Source: a virus
Lineage: Duplodnaviria > Caudoviricetes
Direction: 5' to 3' (one strand)
DNA: 31,220 bases
Virus record (IMG/VR): IMGVR_UViG_3300030101_003097
Coordinates: 1 to 31,220 of that record
Both the position numbers and the translations under genes were made by a program. The notes beneath the pieces are model-generated. The model did not search any database, was not told the DNA's origin, and was given only the letters and a program-made list of their open reading frames with translations. Shown here piece after piece: positions 25,101 through 31,220 of this stretch; within the stretch, counting starts at the first letter, position 1, and every line of letters starts with the position of its first letter.

Positions 25101-26129
25101 CTAATCTTGTGTGGAAACGTTAGTCGCCCTAACGATACCGATGTTCTTTGTCTCGTAAACTTTCGACCAGTTAGCTACGGTTCCCAATTGAGTTCTAGTT
25201 GGGTTAACTGTAGTAACAGCCCATTTAGAACCTACGGGGTGATAACAATAATGAAGGTCAACCGCCATAGCGTCTGATTTAGCCAGAATATCTCTGTCTG
25301 TTTCAGTTGTAAGACCAGCCTGCTCTCCACTAGCAACTGCACCTTGCGTAAAGAAATAAGTGCTGTATTCCGTAGAAGACCCACTACCTGTAGTAGAAAC
25401 ATCATCGGAAACAATTACTCTTAGTCCGCAATAAGTTGGTACAGTACCGTCGCCACCGTATGCCGGTGCGATAGTTCCACCACTCGCTGTAGCTGAACCG
25501 CCGTTACCGTCGGAAGCTAAAACGTAATCAACCATTTTACGCTCTACGAGGTCATAATAAACCTTACTGTGCATACAAACGGCTGTAAGCTTATCGCCCT
25601 GATCTCCTAAAATAGAACGTGCTTTAGCAACGTGTTTAGGACTTAAACCTGTAGGTGTATCTCCTGATTCGGAATCTATAGTTAAACCGAAGAAAGCGGA
25701 GTTACTATCGTTAGCGTTAATAGAGCCGAAAACTCCATCTAGGCAAGAAAGTAAATCTTTTTGTCTTTGGTTAGCTATATAAGCACCAATTTTTTGACCG
25801 ATAGCAGCCATAGGGTCGGCACCCGATGCTAAAGCAGCTAAGTCACGAGATTCAAAAGCTCGACCACGATGCAAAATAACACCAACTTGTTTGTCGGTAG
25901 AAATTTTACTAGGTGTTAAAGAACTAGAATCAGATAAAACCTCAAAGTCTCCGGTTAGGTTCGCAGAGAAAAAAGGTACATTAACGAAATCACCACCCTC
26001 AGTAGCATTTAACTCGGCCATAGGTGCAACCACACCACTTGCAAGAAATGAATCTCGTGCAGTTGTTTGCTCTATGACATACGGAGTAAAAATCTCTGGA
26101 ATGATTAAATCGCTCCTCAAAACTCCCAT
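25101..26129 (-). CDS. major capsid protein (HK97 fold)
   Basis: 342 aa; D.IIPEIF.PYV, GG..VN.PF, DLA....G.DPM..I, MHS..Y..L, GLRVIV.D, ETDRDIL motifs. Confidence 0.9.
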   Translation of the reverse strand: MGVLRSDLIIPEIFTPYVIEQTTARDSFLASGVVAPMAELNATEGGDFVNVPFFSANLTGDFEVLSDSSSLTPSKISTDKQVGVILHRGRAFESRDLAALASGADPMAAIGQKIGAYIANQRQKDLLSCLDGVFGSINANDSNSAFFGLTIDSESGDTPTGLSPKHVAKARSILGDQGDKLTAVCMHSKVYYDLVERKMVDYVLASDGNGGSATASGGTIAPAYGGDGTVPTYCGLRVIVSDDVSTTGSGSSTEYSTYFFTQGAVASGEQAGLTTETDRDILAKSDAMAVDLHYCYHPVGSKWAVTTVNPTRTQLGTVANWSKVYETKNIGIVRATNVSTQD

Positions 26130-26204
26130 GTTTTTAAGAAATAAATTTACGGTGTGGGCGTAACCCTATTAGGCTCGGCGTAGCTCTACCATTTGATATA
26201 TATA

Positions 26205-26891
26205 CTAGCGTGATTTCGCGACATCTCTCAACTTTTGCCAAAGTTCTTTATCCTTTAGGTAAATTTGGCGTTGCTCTACTAAGCTTTCGGTTTCTTTTAA
26301 AAATGGTTTAAGCATTTCTTCACTAAAATTATCGTTAGTGGGTCTAGCTACGGGTGCACCACCACCGCTAATAGTTTTATTTTTAAGTAAATAAGGTTTT
26401 TCTTTTTCTAATTTATTTTTTACAAATTCTTGAACCGGCAACTGTTCATAGCCGTCGACAACTACCGGCACCCCATCTTTCATTTGTATTTTTTCTTTAG
26501 GAACTAAATTATTTAAAACAAGTTCGGGGTCGTGTGTTATTTCAGTTAAAGCTTGTAAAGCGGGCGCAATTAGTTCTAATTCTTTATTTCTAGCTTCTAA
26601 AAGTTCTATCCGTTTTTTATCTTCAGAAGAACGGTCGCGATATTGTTGTTCTAAAGCCTGTTTTGATTCTTCATATTTACCGGCTTTTTCTAAATCTTCT
26701 TGTTCCCTTTTTTGTTTAAACGCTAACAGACTATCGTAGTCGTCTGGTAAGGACTTCTCATCTTTTTGGTTTTTTAACTTACCTATAAGCTCGTAATTTT
26801 TAGCTTCTAATTTTTTAACGGATTCTTTTAAAAGTTCGATCTCGTTGTTATTTGTTGGGGGCGTAGCCACCTCTTTGTTTTCTTCAGACAT
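26205..26891 (-). CDS. capsid scaffolding protein
   Basis: Charged coiled coil with P.L.K....GGGA motif; directly upstream of MCP. Confidence 0.8.
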   Translation of the reverse strand: MSEENKEVATPPTNNNEIELLKESVKKLEAKNYELIGKLKNQKDEKSLPDDYDSLLAFKQKREQEDLEKAGKYEESKQALEQQYRDRSSEDKKRIELLEARNKELELIAPALQALTEITHDPELVLNNLVPKEKIQMKDGVPVVVDGYEQLPVQEFVKNKLEKEKPYLLKNKTISGGGAPVARPTNDNFSEEMLKPFLKETESLVEQRQIYLKDKELWQKLRDVAKSR

Positions 26892-26955
26892 AAAATAGTC
26901 GTAAACTAAGTATTATTAATAGTTATACTACCATTTAAAGAAATAAACTCAATAT

Positions 26956-27222
26956 TTAACAGTTCCATTTTTCTAAAGCCAAAGCTTTTCTTGTTTTACG
27001 ACCTTTACTATCTCTAAGAGGTCCTTTAACACCGGCCATTCTTGCACAAAACGATTTTTTTCTTGCTTTTTCTGATTTAGTTAAATTTTTTGTTTTAGTA
27101 ACGGGTGCTTTTAAATTACTACCGGTTTCCCTGTTTATTTTATCTCTTCCTTTTTTAGTTAAACCGCCCGTAGGACTTTTATGTTCCTTTTTAAGCTTTA
27201 CCGGTTTTCTTTTCTTTTTCAT
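26956..27222 (-). CDS. basic small protein (DUF6321-like)
   Basis: GGLT.KGR...N..TGSNLKAPV...RKKSFCARM...W.C; family name from memory. Confidence 0.7.
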   Translation of the reverse strand: MKKKRKPVKLKKEHKSPTGGLTKKGRDKINRETGSNLKAPVTKTKNLTKSEKARKKSFCARMAGVKGPLRDSKGRKTRKALALEKWNC

Positions 27223-27470
27223 TTTCGATACCTTTTATAAATAGCCATATCAACGGTCCTTGCTTTATCGCCACGCATATAACTATTAACACGACCCATC
27301 GCCCAAGCAGCCATACTTACATTTCTAGAGCCACCGCCTAAATAAGCTCCCTGTCCTTTTCTATAAACAGCAGCTAACTCGCCATACTTAAATTTAGTAC
27401 CGTCAGCCTTTTTTTTAAGAGCTTTTACGACGTTTGCGTTTAGTGGTTTTGCTTTTGGTCTTGTTGACAT
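27219..27470 (-). CDS. basic small protein (DUF5824-like, C-terminal half)
   Basis: L..VY..G.GA......R......WA..RVN.; ATG 27470 preferred over TTG 27479. Confidence 0.75.
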   Translation of the reverse strand: MSTRPKAKPLNANVVKALKKKADGTKFKYGELAAVYRKGQGAYLGGGSRNVSMAAWAMGRVNSYMRGDKARTVDMAIYKRYRK

Positions 27471-27648
27471 TTTGTGCAACCCTTGATTTTTGTACGGCTT
27501 TTATATCTATAAATAACCCTTTTTTATAGAGTTCGGCGGTTTTTTTTATTTCAGCAGCTTTAGCTGCCCTATTTTTAGAACCGCTAAGATACTTTTTAGG
27601 GACGTTTGTTTTTTTATCCCTTGCTACTCTTCTTAGTTTTCGGCTCAT
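27415..27648 (-). CDS. basic small protein (PKKYL.G motif)
   Basis: 77 aa, very Lys/Arg-rich; overlaps both neighbours. Confidence 0.7.
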   Translation of the reverse strand: MSRKLRRVARDKKTNVPKKYLSGSKNRAAKAAEIKKTAELYKKGLFIDIKAVQKSRVAQNVNKTKSKTTKRKRRKSS

Positions 27649-27709
27649 CTTTTTTTAGTTTAGGTTTTTGTTTGCCTTTTGAGAGCTTTTCAAATAACTT
27701 AGAGGCCAT
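27614..27709 (-). CDS. 31-aa Lys-rich peptide, not in ORF track
   Basis: MASKLFEKLSKGKQKPKLKKDEPKTKKSSKG*; TAATG-coupled. Confidence 0.55.
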   Translation of the reverse strand: MASKLFEKLSKGKQKPKLKKDEPKTKKSSKG

Positions 27710-27795
27710 TATTTTTTACCGCCTTTTTTAATTTTCTTTTTTTTCTTAGGTGGTCTACCTACTTTGGAACCATAAGTCCCTTTTCCCATCGGCAT
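27709..27795 (-). CDS. 28-aa basic peptide with AT-hook-like GRP, not in ORF track
   Basis: MPMGKGTYGSKVGRPPKKKRKLKKGGKK*; promoter-like TAAACT 21 nt upstream. Confidence 0.75.
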   Translation of the reverse strand: MPMGKGTYGSKVGRPPKKKKKIKKGGKK

Positions 27796-27819
27796 AATTT
27801 TAAAGCAACTACGTTTAGT

Positions 27820-28995
27820 TTATCCGACTTTTGGATATTTTTCTATTAAATCTCTTAAACTTAATTCCGTTCCGTCCTCGCTTATTATTTTTCGCAAGGC
27901 GTTACGAGGACTTTCTTTTTTTGTTTCTACTAAATAATTAAAAAACTTTTTTTTATTACCTAAAGCCTTACTTTGCATATCAGGATTAGCTTTTAACCAA
28001 TTAGGATAACTAACATCTTGTGGCACCCTTCCTACTTCACTTGGTCTAGTATCGGGAAACCTACGGCGTAAATCCTCATCATCTATTACCGGTACGGTAC
28101 TTGAACGGCAGTTGAAATGTTGCGGCGGCATAGGTCCTTTACCGTATTCGAAGTGCTTACCGTCTAAACTTCCACATAACGCGGTAGTCCTTGCATCTAA
28201 TATCGCGACGTATTCATATTTTTTAGTGACATCTTGATTAGCCATATAAACGGCTTGGCTTGCCATATTTTGTACTTGATTTACAGAAGTTCTTACGATA
28301 GTCCTTACTTGGTTATTAGCTAACCTTACTCCGGTTCCACCCGCTAAAGCTTGTGCTTTTGCCGTCATTTCTTGGTTTTTACCAAACTGCAATCGACCTC
28401 TAAGACGTTTAGCTATTTTAGGAATAGATTCGCCTTCGGTAATACCAACTCTAATTTCTCTAGAAATAAACTCAGCTTGCGAAGCGGCTATACCGCGAAA
28501 AGCTTTTTCTACTACCTCGCCGTTAGGTAAAGTAATAGCCGAACCTTTAGCGGCCGTTAAATTAAAAGTACGTCTTACTTGGCTATCTAAAGTAGGTAAA
28601 GTTAATACGTTAATTTCTGTAGGGTCGGTATAAACAATACTTCGGGCAAAGTCGCCGGATATTTGTACGCTATTTACATTGGCGGCACCTATCGGTAAAG
28701 CTTTTTGTAATTCGTTTCGAACAAAATCGCTTTGAAATAAAGAAAGACTTTGAAGTTGATCTGTTATATAAACAGTATTTTCTACGGACCAACCTTCTAA
28801 ACTTTCTTTCATCTGTAAAAGCATACTTCTAATACGAGCTACGGTAGCCGGCGAAGTTACTTCATCTATAGTCGCTAATTGAAACGTAAGGTCTAAAATT
28901 ATATCGTTGTAATTCGTTACAATACGACGTGCAATCCGGTTGCTATATCTATTTAAGTCAATAGCTTCTCTATAAAAACTTTCCGGAATAGACAT
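27820..28995 (-). CDS. minor head protein (MuF / SPP1 gp7-like)
   Basis: T.VRT, Y.A.LD.RTT..C..LDG, PP.HFNCRS motifs; follows the portal. Confidence 0.9.
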   Translation of the reverse strand: MSIPESFYREAIDLNRYSNRIARRIVTNYNDIILDLTFQLATIDEVTSPATVARIRSMLLQMKESLEGWSVENTVYITDQLQSLSLFQSDFVRNELQKALPIGAANVNSVQISGDFARSIVYTDPTEINVLTLPTLDSQVRRTFNLTAAKGSAITLPNGEVVEKAFRGIAASQAEFISREIRVGITEGESIPKIAKRLRGRLQFGKNQEMTAKAQALAGGTGVRLANNQVRTIVRTSVNQVQNMASQAVYMANQDVTKKYEYVAILDARTTALCGSLDGKHFEYGKGPMPPQHFNCRSSTVPVIDDEDLRRRFPDTRPSEVGRVPQDVSYPNWLKANPDMQSKALGNKKKFFNYLVETKKESPRNALRKIISEDGTELSLRDLIEKYPKVG

Positions 28996-28998
28996 TTT

Positions 28999-30420
28999 TT
29001 AAGCCGCGTCATCTTCTTCGGTAGGCTCGTCGGGTTCGGCTTGCGGCGTAGGTCTAGCCATTTCTACTAAACCACCACTTTGGGTAGCCTCGACTTCTTC
29101 CTCAACATCAAATTCATCGCCTAATACTTCGCCTTCGGTAAGTTGGTCTAATAATGTTTTTTGCGTAATAGAACCCGAAGTATATAGCTGTAAGTAAGCT
29201 TGTATTTCTTGTGGCTCTAAACGTTGCGATAAGAAGTCTCTATTAACAAAACAAGTACCGGCTTCCGAGTTTAAATATTGACCGTGAAACTTAAGGCAGT
29301 TATCAATCATGTCTTGCACTTGTTGGGCTACGACCATCATTGTTGAGTCGCCTTGCGAGCGATCTATACGTTTAGCTTCCGCAGTTTCGGCCGATAGCTT
29401 TTGACCAAGTACCGCCGCTAGTCCTAATTCATTTATTTGGCCTTCTAATTTATCTAACCTTTTAAACTGAGCCTCGTAACTTTTGCCGTCGGGTTCAATA
29501 TATTCCGCTCTACCTTCGGGAGGAAAAGCAATCGCTTCGCCTACGCCGGCAGATACTTCCTCTGCGTTTTGAGGGAACCCATAAAAAGCCAACATAGGAA
29601 CGGCACTTATATGTAATTGATTATCGAGGTCAGATTGTATTTGATAAGCTTTTAAATTTAGTTCCGCTATATCCGACATCGGCGGTCTACTTTCTAATAA
29701 ATTAAGACGATTACTATAAGCAACGGAAAAAGGTATTCGGCCTAAAGACATACGGCCTTCATCATGTTTAACATAAACGCCTTTACTATTTTTACGGTGT
29801 ATTTCGAAACTATCGGGGGTAAGTAACCTAACTTGCTCTACTATTTTTTCGCCGTAAAGACCCTCCGGCTCGGCTACTTTTTCTTTAAGACGTAGTTGCG
29901 TTAGTTCGACTTGACCGTTAAGCATATCGGTTCTATATCCTAAAATGTCACGCGGCGTGTAAGTAACCCAATAAGGTCTACCGCCGGCACCCGAAGCAGG
30001 GGCATCTACTAAGACTCCGATATGCCCATAACGAATCATTTTTCGAGTAGTTTCGTAGGTCCAAACGTTTAAATCATTACCTTGTAAATCAATATCGAAA
30101 AGTTGCTCACGAATATTATCGGCGGTATCGTTTAGCCTTACTGGTTTACGGGTTAGCATACCGGCAAGCATACGTTCTAATCTGATGTAATAAGGAGGGC
30201 AAACACTACGAGCAAGTCTATTATCGTAACTTTCGTCTAATTCTCTAGGTTCTTGCATCAAATACTTTCTATGCTTACTACGCATTTGATATGTACCGCC
30301 TAATAAATCTTCTATTAATGTCCAATGAGGTTCTTGAGCAAACCAAGTATTATTAGGGTCGTCTATATCATTACCTTGCCTATTAGTTTGCCTATTAAAG
30401 TGGTTGTAACCTGAGTACAC
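28999..30420 (-). CDS. portal protein (DUF4055-type)
   Basis: GT..MR.....YL...P.E....Y..RL, G..GVLVD.P, PP...IAELN motifs; follows TerL. Confidence 0.9.
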   Translation of the reverse strand: MYSGYNHFNRQTNRQGNDIDDPNNTWFAQEPHWTLIEDLLGGTYQMRSKHRKYLMQEPRELDESYDNRLARSVCPPYYIRLERMLAGMLTRKPVRLNDTADNIREQLFDIDLQGNDLNVWTYETTRKMIRYGHIGVLVDAPASGAGGRPYWVTYTPRDILGYRTDMLNGQVELTQLRLKEKVAEPEGLYGEKIVEQVRLLTPDSFEIHRKNSKGVYVKHDEGRMSLGRIPFSVAYSNRLNLLESRPPMSDIAELNLKAYQIQSDLDNQLHISAVPMLAFYGFPQNAEEVSAGVGEAIAFPPEGRAEYIEPDGKSYEAQFKRLDKLEGQINELGLAAVLGQKLSAETAEAKRIDRSQGDSTMMVVAQQVQDMIDNCLKFHGQYLNSEAGTCFVNRDFLSQRLEPQEIQAYLQLYTSGSITQKTLLDQLTEGEVLGDEFDVEEEVEATQSGGLVEMARPTPQAEPDEPTEEDDAA

Positions 30421-30458
30421 TTTGACCTCTTAGTTTGTTTTTATTTTAGACAATAATC

Positions 30459-31220
30459 TTAATAAAGCCTAATTCCGGTTCGACGACCCGCACCCATGTG
30501 TAAGGGATTGAACAACCGCCAAGTTATATATCCTAGAGCGTCGTTCATGTGATCATAACCCGCATCTTTATCGGGTTCTCCCCTTTCGTTATAACTTTGC
30601 AATTCTAAACATTCAATAAGTTTTACCGCTTTTTTAGAAATCATTAATCTATTTTCGCCTTTTGCATTTAAAAACATTCCTTGAACACTATTTACCCTAT
30701 CCCTAACGGGCGGGTTGGATAAAGCACTTTGATTTATAAAACCGTGACTTTCTAAAATTTGGATATCGGTCTTAGAAGCATTTGTACTTCGGTTTCCGCC
30801 CGAAGCGTCTGGATATATATAGATTTTGTTAAAGGGGTAACGCCCTCTAATTTCTTTAGCGATTGAATCTGTGTCGTGACTTTTTGCAATTTCATCTATA
30901 ACCATAAATTTATTCCCAACCGCTACGCCGATAACAGCGTTCATATTTCCAATATTAAAGTCGATTCCTATTCGTAAAGGCTCGTTGTCATCTACAAAAG
31001 GCTCGTTAGCTAAAACGTGTTCGCTTCGATTAAATTTATCGTAGACCTGACCGGTAGTTAAGTTGCAGAAGTTTCCGTTTAGGTAGGCCTGTATTAGTTG
31101 GGGAGGATAATTTTCTAGTAAAGAATCAACAAATCCTTCGGGCAAAAATGGATTATCGGTCGATTTTGCTTTTATTAGCCGCGTATCGGCTTTAGCATTT
31201 TTTTCAAAAGTGTCGAACGC
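30459..31220 (-). CDS. terL: terminase large subunit, C-terminal nuclease part (5'-truncated)
   Basis: Frame is open to the window edge (AFDTFEK...STDNPFLPEGF...); GIDFN, YPDASG, DH..DA.GY motifs. Confidence 0.92.
   Translation of the reverse strand, partial: AFDTFEKNAKADTRLIKAKSTDNPFLPEGFVDSLLENYPPQLIQAYLNGNFCNLTTGQVYDKFNRSEHVLANEPFVDDNEPLRIGIDFNIGNMNAVIGVAVGNKFMVIDEIAKSHDTDSIAKEIRGRYPFNKIYIYPDASGGNRSTNASKTDIQILESHGFINQSALSNPPVRDRVNSVQGMFLNAKGENRLMISKKAVKLIECLELQSYNERGEPDKDAGYDHMNDALGYITWRLFNPLHMGAGRRTGIRLY

Noticed and set aside
8704-26163. Shadow ORFs 8704-8973, 9219-9410, 11572-11766, 13594-13806, 15068-15334, 16412-16603, 18049-18231, 18069-18272, 25020-25277, 25232-25414, 25891-26163
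   Set aside because: Antisense or out-of-frame within better-supported genes; no independent signals
1-31220. Stop-codon reassignment, tRNAs, CRISPR arrays
   Set aside because: Genes are intact in the standard code with TAA, TAG and TGA all used as stops; no cloverleaf or repeat-spacer pattern seen by eye

Overview
The window is part of an AT-rich, lambda-like long-tailed dsDNA phage (siphovirus). Several small conserved proteins suggest a marine cyanobacterial host (Prochlorococcus/Synechococcus-type), but the host is an inference. The + strand (1-6238) holds small early genes, a RecE-like exonuclease / Rad52-like annealase / HTH / putative SSB module, and a 444-aa protein whose N-terminus is a paralog of a small basic head-module protein. 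Positions 6210-9554 form a bidirectional accessory block: an NblA-like candidate, a holin-like 2-TM gene behind a structured leader, three exported beta-rich proteins and further membrane proteins, with no recognisable endolysin. The - strand (9551-31220) is the morphogenesis region: TerL (partial), portal, MuF, five tiny Lys/Arg-rich proteins, scaffold, MCP, neck, tail tube, G/GT chaperones with a -1 frameshift, TMP, M/L/K/I/J and three adhesin-chaperone pairs. The main leads are a cupredoxin-like (H...CxxHxxxM) domain inserted in gpL, which lacks its usual Cys-rich C-terminus; the uncharacterised envelope module; the basic micro-protein cluster and its fused paralog; and a repeated GnTAnnnT promoter-like box often built from upstream stop codons. 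No tRNA, rRNA, CRISPR array, integrase or reverse transcriptase was seen. All family assignments are from motif recognition, not database searches.
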